Source: an uncultured Flavobacteriaceae bacterium (GTDB lineage Bacteria; Bacteroidota; Bacteroidia; Flavobacteriales; Flavobacteriaceae). Taken from it: a DNA stretch of 64,000 nt. The first letter of the stretch is position 1. Each line of letters opens with the position of its first letter. The stretch covers positions 61,272-125,271 of the forward strand of contig CANKUU010000010.1 of assembly GCA_947486785.1 (NCBI GenBank). The letters are read 5' to 3'. The notes below the pieces were generated by a model. That model did not search any database. It was not told where the DNA came from and saw nothing but the letters and a program-made list of their open reading frames with translations. Shown piece by piece: positions 1-9,706 of this stretch. A program made the translations under genes and the position numbers.

Positions 1-1
1 T

Positions 2-721
2 TATTTAGAATACATCACCCTGTGCAATTTAGATGGTGCTTATGAAAAAGCATTATCCCTTTTAAGTAACAGGCGATTTCACCCCTGGGAAGGAGGCGAA
101 GGTCGTGTACTAGAACAGTATAAAAATACGCACTTAGGCTTAGCAAAAAAGAACTACAACATTAAAAAATTTTCGGAGGCTCTTGCTCATTTAGAAGCAG
201 CACAAAACTACCCGCACAATTTAGGTGAAGGTAAACTTTTAGGTAAACAAGAAAACGATATCTTTTACTGGCTTGGATGCACTTATGAAAGTCTTGGTGA
301 AATGGAGTTGGCGATCTCTAGTTGGAAAAAAGCATCAAGCGGAAATAGCGATCCAAGCCCTGCCCTATTTTACAATGACCAACAGCCTGATACTATTTTT
401 TATCAAGGATTAGCCCTATTAAAATTAAAAGAAATTACTGAGGCCGAAAACCGATTTCAAAAATTGCTTTCGTATGGCACAAAACATGCTTCGGACAAAT
501 TAAGACTACCTTATTTTGCTATTTCTTTACCAGATTTACTCATTTGGGAAGATGACTTAGATGTACTAAACAAAATTCATTGTAATTATTTAATCGGTCT
601 GGGAAATTTGGGTCTAGGCAACAAAAAATTGGCTATTAAAAATTTCGAAACCATTTTAAAACAAAACCGCTATCATTTGCCGTCAGTGATACATCTTGAA
701 ATGGCAAAAAATACGTATTAG
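2..721 (+). CDS. TPR-repeat / DUF5107 (YphG-like) protein, C-terminal part, truncated by left edge
   Basis: The 302..721 ORF frame stays open back to base 2 (YLEYITLCNLDGAYEKALSLLSNRRFHPWEGGEG...YPHNLGEGKL...), so 302 is not the true start. FHPWEGGEG and YPxNLGEGKL are motifs I associate with DUF5107/TPR proteins. Confidence 0.75.
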   Translation, partial: YLEYITLCNLDGAYEKALSLLSNRRFHPWEGGEGRVLEQYKNTHLGLAKKNYNIKKFSEALAHLEAAQNYPHNLGEGKLLGKQENDIFYWLGCTYESLGEMELAISSWKKASSGNSDPSPALFYNDQQPDTIFYQGLALLKLKEITEAENRFQKLLSYGTKHASDKLRLPYFAISLPDLLIWEDDLDVLNKIHCNYLIGLGNLGLGNKKLAIKNFETILKQNRYHLPSVIHLEMAKNTY

Positions 722-763
722 GTAACAACAACTAACTTAGCTTAACCGAGTAACTGTCTGATT

Positions 764-3700
764 ATGAAAATTAAATCATTTCAAACGATATGCTGCGCCT
801 TAATTATGTTGGCAGGAACCTATTCATTAAATGCGCAGCAACAAACCATAGATTTATCGGGAGCATGGCAAGTTTCTTTAGAGACTAAATCTACTGCTAC
901 AATCGAAAAAACTAAAGGTACTATTCAACTACCTTCCTCTTTAGCCGAACAAGGTTTTGGCATACAAACTCAGGGTGCCGACACAGGGGTACTAACTCCA
1001 AAATATAAATATATAGGCACAGCTTTGTACAGTAAAACAATTTATATCCCAAAATCTTGGGAAAATAAAGCTATTGAACTTTTTTTAGAACGTGTTCTTT
1101 GGAGTTCAAAAGTTTCTGTAGATGGTCATTTAATAAGTGAACAAGATGCGTTAGGAACGCCACACATTCATTCATTGGGAAAACTTTCACCAGGTAAACA
1201 TACCCTAAGTATAGCCGTTAACAATGAGATGATTCATAATATTGGCGACAAGGGTCATGCTTATAGCGATTTTACACAAGGTATTTGGAATGGCATGGTA
1301 GGCAAGTTAGAACTTCGTATGAACCCCGACATTAGAATTAAGCAAATACGCACATTTCCAATTTTAGATAAGGAACAAGTTAAGATTGAACTTTTAATTC
1401 AAGGAATAAAAAAAACAAAAGCAAAAGTAGCAATCACCATAATGGAAGTTGGGCAAACCAAAACCATTTTAGAAACTACTAGAAAAGTTGATGTTATTGA
1501 TGGCGAACATACCGTTGAACTTTTCTTAAATACTGAAAATCGTTTAAAGAAATGGAATGAGTTTAAACCCGTAACCTACCTATTAAAAACAGAGCTGACT
1601 ACCAAAAAAAATAAGGCATTAAAAGAAACAGAATTTGGCTATTTAGAAATTGGCCATAATGGCACACAAATTACCATTAACGATAAACCAGTATTCTTAA
1701 GAGGCAATTTGGATTGCGTTCATTTTCCATTAACAGGCTATCCATCAACCAAGGTTGCCGACTGGGAACGTATTTTTAAAAAACATAAAGAATATGGCTT
1801 AAACCATGTTCGATTTCATTCTTGGTGTCCACCGGAAGCAGCTTTCAAAGCCGCCAACCGAATTGGCATTTATTTACAAGTAGAAGCATCAGTCTGGATA
1901 GATAGTTGGATGAATACAGATATGTCTGCTATAGGCCGCCCTGAAATGGACACTAAAGGCCGCCCAGTAGGGCTAGGAAAAGATGCTTCTAGAGATGCTT
2001 TTGTAATCAAAGAAATGAATAGGGTAGTAAATACATATGGTAACCATCCATCATTTACAATGTTCTGTATCGGCAATGAGCTTGGAAGTTCAAATTTTGA
2101 CGTAACCAAAGAGTGGATTTCAGAACTAAAAGCCCATGATCCCAGAAGATTGTATGCGGCTTCAACGGCAAGAACGATAACCGAATCTGACGATTACAAT
2201 GTAACCCATTATATTCCAAACATAGGCCATACCCGTGGCCTAAGAGGAGCACGAACCGATTGGGATTTTGAAGAGGTATATGCACAAATGAACATTCCAA
2301 TCCTTGCTCATGAAATAGGTCAATGGCCTGTATACCCTTCATGGAAAGAAATAGACAAATATACCGGCGTATTTCAAGCTAGAAATTTTCAACAATTTAA
2401 AGCAGTTGCAGAAAAGAATGGAATTGCCGAACAAGCAGAAGATTTTAAAATGGCTTCTGGTGCTTTAAATCAAATCATGTACAAGTATGAAATTGAATCG
2501 TTTTTAAGAACTAAAAGTTGTGCAGGCATACAATTATTAAGCATGCAAGATTATCAAGGTCAAGGCGAAGCCCTCGTAGGATGGTTAGATACTTTTTGGG
2601 ATTCGAAAGGAATTACAACCAGCGAAAAATTTAAGCAACATTCTAATGAGACTGTTCCTTTACTCCGTATTCCTAAGTTTATATGGTCTTCAAATGAGAC
2701 CCTTAGTGCTAAAATACAAGTCTCTCACTATGGTCAACATCCCATTAAATCTGGAACTGTACTTGTTACAGTACAAAACGATACAGGAAACAAAGTTTTT
2801 GAAAAGCGTATGAATCCAATAGATTTTTCGGTTGGAAGTTTAATGAACATAGGCACTATACAAGTACCACTTTCTAAAATTACAAAAGCCGAACGCCTAA
2901 GTATAACCCTAACCGTTGAGAATACAGATTTTAAAAACAGCTGGAACATTTGGGTATACCCTAAGGCATTGCCTAAATTAGATTTTAAAGACAACCCTGA
3001 CGTTCTAATAAGTACTAAAATGGATGCCAAAACCATAACAGCTTTAGAAAAAGGTAAAAAGGTACTACTACTAGCGTATAACTTAGGAACTGAGAAGAAT
3101 AGTGTACCCGTAAACTACTATCCGTTATATTGGTCGCTTACCTTTTTTCCAGGGCAAGGAAAAACAAGTATCGGTATGCTTTTCAATAAAGAGCATGAAG
3201 TATTTAAATATTTTCCAACAGATTTTCATAGTGATTGGCAATGGCAACCTTTTGAAAAAAACACAAAAGCATTTGTATTAAACAGCCTACCAAAATCATA
3301 CAAACCCCTTGCTCAAGTTATAGACGATTTTCATCTAAATAATAAACAGGGTACTATTTTTGAGTTAGCGGTAGGCAAAGGCAAATTATTAGTTTGTGGC
3401 TATAACTTGCAACAACTCAATCATCCGGCAGCAAATCAGCTAGAGTATAGTTTACTGAAATACCTTAAAAGTGATAGTTTTAAACCCACTACTCAAGTTT
3501 CGCAAAAATTTTTAAAAGAACTTTTTCCCCTAGACCCACTTGCAGAAAACGTTACTACGGTAAAAAAATCTGGTAACACCCTACTTAAAGTACTATGTGG
3601 TGGTGCAACACAAAAAAAAGGTTCAGAAATACCTTGGAAAAAATCTAATGATAGTATTCTAGTACAAGCAAAGAATACCGATTATAAAATTATATCTGGT

Positions 3701-4009
3701 AATATTTCAAATGACGAACAAGGAAAATTTTGGTCCGATAAAGAAATGTCAGTATCTATAACCTGCCCTAATGGAATTTTGGGCTCGCTTTACATTCGTT
3801 TTGATGATTCTCAAAAACTTTCAAGAGAAGGCATTATAGAATTTGAAGGCAGAAAAATAAGATTAGAACCCCATGCAGAAAAAGAAGGAAAATGGATTAA
3901 ATTTCATGTAATGAGAGAAGATAGCAATGATGGCGTATTGCTATTGAAAATGAAAGCCACATCTGAATCCAATTTAAAAGTGAGTCAACTAATTCTTGAA
4001 ACAAAATAA
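764..4009 (+). CDS. Glycoside hydrolase family 2-like protein, secreted, with extra C-terminal domain
   Basis: Signal peptide; IDLSGAW sugar-binding domain start; VFLRG, NHVRFHSWCPPE, YGNHPSF...IGNE (acid/base) and AHEIG (probable nucleophile) motifs. Confidence 0.8.
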   Translation: MKIKSFQTICCALIMLAGTYSLNAQQQTIDLSGAWQVSLETKSTATIEKTKGTIQLPSSLAEQGFGIQTQGADTGVLTPKYKYIGTALYSKTIYIPKSWENKAIELFLERVLWSSKVSVDGHLISEQDALGTPHIHSLGKLSPGKHTLSIAVNNEMIHNIGDKGHAYSDFTQGIWNGMVGKLELRMNPDIRIKQIRTFPILDKEQVKIELLIQGIKKTKAKVAITIMEVGQTKTILETTRKVDVIDGEHTVELFLNTENRLKKWNEFKPVTYLLKTELTTKKNKALKETEFGYLEIGHNGTQITINDKPVFLRGNLDCVHFPLTGYPSTKVADWERIFKKHKEYGLNHVRFHSWCPPEAAFKAANRIGIYLQVEASVWIDSWMNTDMSAIGRPEMDTKGRPVGLGKDASRDAFVIKEMNRVVNTYGNHPSFTMFCIGNELGSSNFDVTKEWISELKAHDPRRLYAASTARTITESDDYNVTHYIPNIGHTRGLRGARTDWDFEEVYAQMNIPILAHEIGQWPVYPSWKEIDKYTGVFQARNFQQFKAVAEKNGIAEQAEDFKMASGALNQIMYKYEIESFLRTKSCAGIQLLSMQDYQGQGEALVGWLDTFWDSKGITTSEKFKQHSNETVPLLRIPKFIWSSNETLSAKIQVSHYGQHPIKSGTVLVTVQNDTGNKVFEKRMNPIDFSVGSLMNIGTIQVPLSKITKAERLSITLTVENTDFKNSWNIWVYPKALPKLDFKDNPDVLISTKMDAKTITALEKGKKVLLLAYNLGTEKNSVPVNYYPLYWSLTFFPGQGKTSIGMLFNKEHEVFKYFPTDFHSDWQWQPFEKNTKAFVLNSLPKSYKPLAQVIDDFHLNNKQGTIFELAVGKGKLLVCGYNLQQLNHPAANQLEYSLLKYLKSDSFKPTTQVSQKFLKELFPLDPLAENVTTVKKSGNTLLKVLCGGATQKKGSEIPWKKSNDSILVQAKNTDYKIISGNISNDEQGKFWSDKEMSVSITCPNGILGSLYIRFDDSQKLSREGIIEFEGRKIRLEPHAEKEGKWIKFHVMREDSNDGVLLLKMKATSESNLKVSQLILETK

Positions 4010-4379
4010 TTATATCTAGTACCATGCAAACGCAATTGTAGATTGTCTTAAACACGACGGACTAAATTACCCTGTGCGGCTATCTTTACAAACCAATAAA
4101 CACGCTATTGCAAGGGGCTTAGTACGGCTATCGATAAATAGTATGTACTAAAAACAATTGCTACGTATGTAAATAAAGCACTAAAAGAGATACAGTTATT
4201 TATCGCCTTGTATTTAGACTTTACAAATAAGTCTTAATTAACATAAATTTTCGCTATTTTTTGCTGGTAAAAAATTCGATTATTGCTCGCTGAGATAAGA
4301 AAATTAATATTATAACTTTTAGGACTACAAGTAAAATAAGGTACGGTTAAAACTCCTTTGACCGGTATTTCTTTTAAAG

Positions 4380-4405
4380 TTCGACAAAAAATTTTAATTG
4401 TCGAA
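4380..4405. promoter_or_regulatory. Inverted repeat TTCGACAA-N10-TTGTCGAA upstream of susC, candidate operator
   Basis: Perfect 8-bp arms read directly in the 850-bp GH2-susC intergenic region. Confidence 0.35.
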
Positions 4406-4859
4406 TTAACCGTAATTTAAAACCAATAAGGAATATTTGCTTTAAATTGCTCTAACGAGCGGAAAAAAAACTAAGAATAAAGGTAAAAGAATTGCATCGC
4501 ATCTCAAGAATTATACATTTTCCTATCCCATCTAAAAACAATACAAATAGCACAAAAACACTCTTCCAAGTACCCCTTACTACAACATTAAAAGACAAAC
4601 AATTAGCCCTATAAGGCATCAAAACTGAATTATAGTAAAATAGTCCATATAATTACAGCATTTGTCTATTCCAACCCTGTTAGATAATTTTTAAAATTGT
4701 AATGTATATGTAAAGATTATGTTAATACTTTTTATTTATAACCCCTTATTGATAATTAATAGCTTTAAAGTTATTTCATCTAAAAAAATTGTAGCGCCTT
4801 TATGCCAATGACTTTTGAGTATGTTATTAAAACCAAAAAAAAACTAAATTAGCACATCT

Positions 4860-7800
4860 ATGAAAACAATTTTTAAAAAATTAGGCTTCTTGATACTACT
4901 TATGTCTATAGTTTCATTACAGGCCCAAGAGAAAGCAATTACTGGCGTTGTTAGTGATGCAGAAACAGGTATGCCTGTACCCGGCGCTAGTGTTGTGGTA
5001 AAAGGAACTTCTAAAGGAGTCGCTACAAATTTTGATGGCGAATTTGAAATTACCCTAGATACTGACGAAACCTTAATTATTAGTTATCTGGGTTTTAAAC
5101 CAAAAGAAATAACGCCAGCAGGCAACACCAATTTAACAATTTCTTTAGAGCCTGATGCAGCGCTGTTAGATGAAGTAGTAGTAGTTGGTTATGGTACGCA
5201 AAAAAGAAAAGAAGTCTCTGGTTCTGTAGCACAAGTAGCTGGAGAAAAGTTGACTCAGGCACCCATTTCAACCTTAACAAATTCTCTCACAGGTCGCTTA
5301 CCAGGCTTAACGATTAATCAACGTTCCGCAGAACCAGGTCGTGAAAATTCACAAATTTTAGTTCGTGGCGTAAGTACTTTGGGCTCAAATACCGCTCTCG
5401 TAGTAATTGACGGTGTGGCAAATGTAGATGGTTTGGATAGATTAGATCCTCAAGATATTGAGAGTGTAACCATACTAAAAGATGCAGCTGCAGCAATTTA
5501 TGGCGCGCAGGCAGCTAATGGAGTTATTTTGGTGACTACAAAAAGAGGGAAATCTGGCAAGCCTCAGTTTACCTATAATTTAAATTCAGGAATGAATTCA
5601 CCCATTTCGCTACCAGACTTAGCCGATGGCCTTGAATATGTTACTATGATTAACCGAATTGCTTGGCGAGCGTCAGGATGGGATCCAGACTTTACGCCAA
5701 CATTTAGCGATGAAGAAGTAGAAAATATACGCAACGGAACAACACCTACGTATGAATGGAGAGATGCTGCTTACAGAAAAACTAGTTTTCAGACATCTCA
5801 TAATATATCCGTTCGTGGAGGTAGCGAAACATTTAGATATTTTACCTCAGCACGTTATTTGAATCAAAATTCTATTTTTGAAGGTGATGATATTGGAAAA
5901 AACAGACAATACAATATTAGAACTAACTTAGACTTAGCCGTAAACAAAAACTTGGATTTAGGTCTTGATATCGCATTACGGCAACAAAATGTATCTAGTG
6001 CATTTCAAAGAAGAAATGCCGTTTTAGTTAATTCACAATTGACACCACCAATTCTACCTCGGTTCATCAACGACGACATAAGATTTCCTGCAGCTGGTAG
6101 AGCAAGTCAAAATCCGTATTCCATGATACGTGAAGGCGGTTATGAAAACAATGAGCTACGTAATTTGAGTGCTAATCTAAAATTCAATTATAAGATTCCA
6201 AGTTTAGAAGGTTTAGCAATAGGTGGTTTTGTATCTTATGGTGTAAATACAGATTTTGACAAACAATTTCAAACGCCATGGTCATTCTATTTACCTAATA
6301 CGGATGACCCAACAGGAGATCCAATCAGACAACAAGCTGGTATCATACGTTTAGACCAATCCTATTCACGGGCAAATATACTCACATCAAATTTCAGAAC
6401 AACATATCGCAACTCATTCGGAAATCATAATTTAGACGTCTTACTTCAAGTAGAGAAGCAAACACAAAAATATGATGAGTTTAGGGCGACTAATGATAAT
6501 TTTTTATCTAGAGCATCAGACCAACTAAACTCGGGCAGTAGGGATAGATCAGATTCTGAGGTTGCTGGATTAGGACTTGAGGCGGCTCGCATCGGATATT
6601 CTGGCCGATTAAATTACAATTATAAAGAGAAGTATATTGCTCAACTATTATTCAGATATGACGGTTCGGAGCGTTTTGCCCCAGGTCAACGCTTCGGTTT
6701 TTTCCCAGGAATGACAGCTGCCTGGGTAATTTCTGAGGAGGATTTCTTAAAAGATAATTCTACTATTAATAGCTTAAAACTTAGGGGTTCTTGGGGGCAA
6801 TTAGGAAACGATAGAATACCTGCCTTCAACTATCTATCACGATTTAGGTTTGCGGGTAACATTGTTGTCAATGGCAATACAACACCTGGCGTTGTCGAAG
6901 AAGGTATTTCAAACCCTAACGTAACTTGGGAGGTTGCTGAAACGATAAACTTGGGTATTGAAGCAACACTTTTTAGAAATCATTTAACGATCGAAGCAGA
7001 TGTTTTTGATACACAAACTAAAGACATTTTAGCAAGTCCGTCAATTACTTTACCACAATATACGGGTATAACACCCCCACTTCAAAATATAGGCATTGTT
7101 CAAAATAGAGGTTTTGAGTTTTCAACGGCATATAGAGAGAGTATAGGAGAATTTAATTTTACAATAGGTGGTAATGTTGCCTTCTCAAGAAATAAAGTTG
7201 TCTTTGTTGATGAGGTACCTTTCGACGAAGAATACCAAAATCAAACAGGTAAACCATTAGGCTCTGGACTTATTTATGACGCAATAGGTATCTTTAGAAC
7301 GCAAGAACAACTAGATAATCTTCCTACTAGACCAGGAGATGCCTTAGGTAGTGCGATAATTAGAGATACTAATGGAGATGGCGAAATTACAATAGCCGAT
7401 AGAATTCGATTAGATAAAACTGCCAACCCAGAGTGGGTATATGGTATTACTACGAATGTCTCTTACAAAAACTTCGATTTAAACCTATTATGGCAAGGCG
7501 CTTCTGGCGGGATAAAAACAATTTCTAATATCTTTGGCCCAGGCAATAACAATTGGTCTTATTTTGCGAGAGAAACATGGGCTCCTGATAACGTTGACGC
7601 TGCATTACCAGCACCAGGACAATCAGAAGACACAAATATCTACAAAATAGAATCTAACTACCTAAGACTAAAAACTTTAGAAGCTGGTTATACGTTTCCA
7701 ACTAAAGCTATTAACGCTATTGGTTTAGATAACGTAAGGTTATATGTTAGTGGTTTCAATGTAATCACTTTTGATGCAAATTCCCATATAGGAGGTACAG

Positions 7801-7880
7801 ACCCTGAACAGAACGACTCGAGAGGTTGGGACTTCCCTAATTTAAGAACCTGGAATCTAGGTTTTAATATATCCTTTTAA
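4860..7880 (+). CDS. susC: SusC/RagA TonB-dependent outer membrane transporter
   Basis: Signal peptide, CarboxypepD-like N-domain (ITGVVSD...TNFDGEF), LDEVVVVGYG, DIESVTILKDAAAAIYGAQAANGVILVTTKRG plug, RYDGSERF, C-terminal Phe. Confidence 0.97.
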   Translation: MKTIFKKLGFLILLMSIVSLQAQEKAITGVVSDAETGMPVPGASVVVKGTSKGVATNFDGEFEITLDTDETLIISYLGFKPKEITPAGNTNLTISLEPDAALLDEVVVVGYGTQKRKEVSGSVAQVAGEKLTQAPISTLTNSLTGRLPGLTINQRSAEPGRENSQILVRGVSTLGSNTALVVIDGVANVDGLDRLDPQDIESVTILKDAAAAIYGAQAANGVILVTTKRGKSGKPQFTYNLNSGMNSPISLPDLADGLEYVTMINRIAWRASGWDPDFTPTFSDEEVENIRNGTTPTYEWRDAAYRKTSFQTSHNISVRGGSETFRYFTSARYLNQNSIFEGDDIGKNRQYNIRTNLDLAVNKNLDLGLDIALRQQNVSSAFQRRNAVLVNSQLTPPILPRFINDDIRFPAAGRASQNPYSMIREGGYENNELRNLSANLKFNYKIPSLEGLAIGGFVSYGVNTDFDKQFQTPWSFYLPNTDDPTGDPIRQQAGIIRLDQSYSRANILTSNFRTTYRNSFGNHNLDVLLQVEKQTQKYDEFRATNDNFLSRASDQLNSGSRDRSDSEVAGLGLEAARIGYSGRLNYNYKEKYIAQLLFRYDGSERFAPGQRFGFFPGMTAAWVISEEDFLKDNSTINSLKLRGSWGQLGNDRIPAFNYLSRFRFAGNIVVNGNTTPGVVEEGISNPNVTWEVAETINLGIEATLFRNHLTIEADVFDTQTKDILASPSITLPQYTGITPPLQNIGIVQNRGFEFSTAYRESIGEFNFTIGGNVAFSRNKVVFVDEVPFDEEYQNQTGKPLGSGLIYDAIGIFRTQEQLDNLPTRPGDALGSAIIRDTNGDGEITIADRIRLDKTANPEWVYGITTNVSYKNFDLNLLWQGASGGIKTISNIFGPGNNNWSYFARETWAPDNVDAALPAPGQSEDTNIYKIESNYLRLKTLEAGYTFPTKAINAIGLDNVRLYVSGFNVITFDANSHIGGTDPEQNDSRGWDFPNLRTWNLGFNISF

Positions 7881-7895
7881 TTAAAAAAAAGTACT

Positions 7896-9629
7896 ATGAA
7901 AATCTTTGTTAAACTATCTTTACTCATTCTAGCAGCAGGCATAATTAGCTCTTGCTCAGAAGAAGCGCTAGATCTTAAACCATTGGATGCAATATCTGAA
8001 AGAGATGTATTCAACGACCTGCCCTTATTAACGGCCTATGTAAACGCAACCTATTCAGGATTACCAAACGTTAACTCAGGTAACCGCATGGGATTAATTG
8101 CATTCAACGATCTTTCTAATCATAAGTATTTAAATGAAGGGGTGAAAGAGTATTTAGAAAATACACTAGATGCGGTTAATTCGGAAACAACCACTAAAAA
8201 CAAGTGGGCTAGCTCATACAGTTATCTAAAACACATTAACACTTACTTTAAACAAATTGAAAACACATCGCTTTCTGAAGATGAAATAAAAGAGCTTACC
8301 GGTGCAATGCACTTTATGCGTGGGTTTTATTACTTTGAATTACTAAAGTATTATGGTGGAGTTCCAATTATTACAGAACGTTTTGAAATTGATGCGCCAA
8401 ATTTTGACCGACCTCGTAATTCTATAGAGGAAGTTATAACTTTTATTACACAAGAATTAGATATAGCCATAAGTATGCTGCCAGATGAAGCACCAGCTTC
8501 TAAAGCAGATAAGGCCGCTGCTATGGCGGCAAAAGGCAGACTACTACTTTATGCTGCAAGTGAACTATTTAATCCTGAAGGAGATATGTCAAAATGGACT
8601 GCTGCTGCCAATGCTAATAAAGCGGTTATGGATTTAGAGTCGCACCCTATGTCAAGTGATTATAGTAGTATATTTTTAAGTAATCCGATAGATGATGAAA
8701 TTATATTTACTAGAGAATATAACTTAGATGTAAATCAAGGTGCTTGGTCGGGTTCTAACACCATGCTATGGCCAAATGGCTACCAGGGATGGTCGGTTGT
8801 ATCACCTACTCAGAAATTTATTGATATGTATGAGATGACTAACGGAGAATTACCTTACTTAGCAGATGGCACTACGGTAAACCCTGCTTCTGGTTACGAT
8901 CCTCAGAATCCGTATATAAACAGAGACCCACGTTTTGAAAATACCATCATCTATAATGGCAAAGAGTTTAAAGGCCGTAAGGTTGAATATTTTATTTCCT
9001 ATGAAGACGACGGCGATGGAAACCCTAAAGATGCAAATGGTGAAGTTAGAAAAGAAGTCTCAGGAGGATTAGATACGAAGCTCGGACCTGTATATAATTG
9101 GGAGCCGTCAGCAACTAATTACGCCTATGTTAAATTAACCGACCCATCTACATTGCCTGCACTTTCTGGAGCACCCACAGAAGAATTTACCCCAGATATT
9201 GAATACCGTAAGACTGAATTTTATCTTAATTATGCAGAAACGCAAATAATGTTAGGTAATGAAGCAGCGGCAAGAGAAGCTATTAATGCGGTGCGCGCAA
9301 GACCAAGTGTTAATATGCCACCGATTACTTCTACTGGGGCTCAACTACTCGAAGATTACAGAAGAGAAAGGGCAATTGAATTAGCACTTGAAGAACATCG
9401 GTTTATGGACATTAGACGATGGAAAATTGCTGAAGACGTTATGGGTAAACCTGTTTTGGGTATTGATGTTGAAAAAACAAGTACAGACGAAATTGTTTAT
9501 AGTTATGGAACCAAAATTGTTGAAGCCTCTAGAGTAAGAAGCTGGGATGACAGACTTTACTGGTTTCCAATACCAGACAGAGAAATAAAAGCAAGTAACA
9601 ATACCTTGACACAAAACCCTGGGTATTAA
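7896..9629 (+). CDS. susD: SusD/RagB nutrient-binding lipoprotein
   Basis: Lipobox (ISSC), FMRGFYYFELLKYYGGVPI, RDPRF, ERAIELALEEHRFMDIRRW, C-terminal QNPGY; directly after susC. Confidence 0.96.
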   Translation: MKIFVKLSLLILAAGIISSCSEEALDLKPLDAISERDVFNDLPLLTAYVNATYSGLPNVNSGNRMGLIAFNDLSNHKYLNEGVKEYLENTLDAVNSETTTKNKWASSYSYLKHINTYFKQIENTSLSEDEIKELTGAMHFMRGFYYFELLKYYGGVPIITERFEIDAPNFDRPRNSIEEVITFITQELDIAISMLPDEAPASKADKAAAMAAKGRLLLYAASELFNPEGDMSKWTAAANANKAVMDLESHPMSSDYSSIFLSNPIDDEIIFTREYNLDVNQGAWSGSNTMLWPNGYQGWSVVSPTQKFIDMYEMTNGELPYLADGTTVNPASGYDPQNPYINRDPRFENTIIYNGKEFKGRKVEYFISYEDDGDGNPKDANGEVRKEVSGGLDTKLGPVYNWEPSATNYAYVKLTDPSTLPALSGAPTEEFTPDIEYRKTEFYLNYAETQIMLGNEAAAREAINAVRARPSVNMPPITSTGAQLLEDYRRERAIELALEEHRFMDIRRWKIAEDVMGKPVLGIDVEKTSTDEIVYSYGTKIVEASRVRSWDDRLYWFPIPDREIKASNNTLTQNPGY

Positions 9630-9660
9630 AATTAAGTTGTTGAGTTAGTAGTTTAATATT

Positions 9661-9693
9661 AATATGGTGGGGTTTTTAACTCCGCCATATTTT
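9661..9693 (+). terminator. Stem-loop after susD (terminator/attenuator)
   Basis: AATATGGTGGGGTT-TTT-AACTCCGCCATATT followed by TT; stem includes G-U pairs. Confidence 0.6.
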
Positions 9694-9706
9694 CGTTAGT
9701 AGAGAT

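Noticed and set aside
302-721. 139-aa standalone ORF in the track
   Set aside because: The frame is open back to base 2, so it is the tail of a longer gene truncated by the window.
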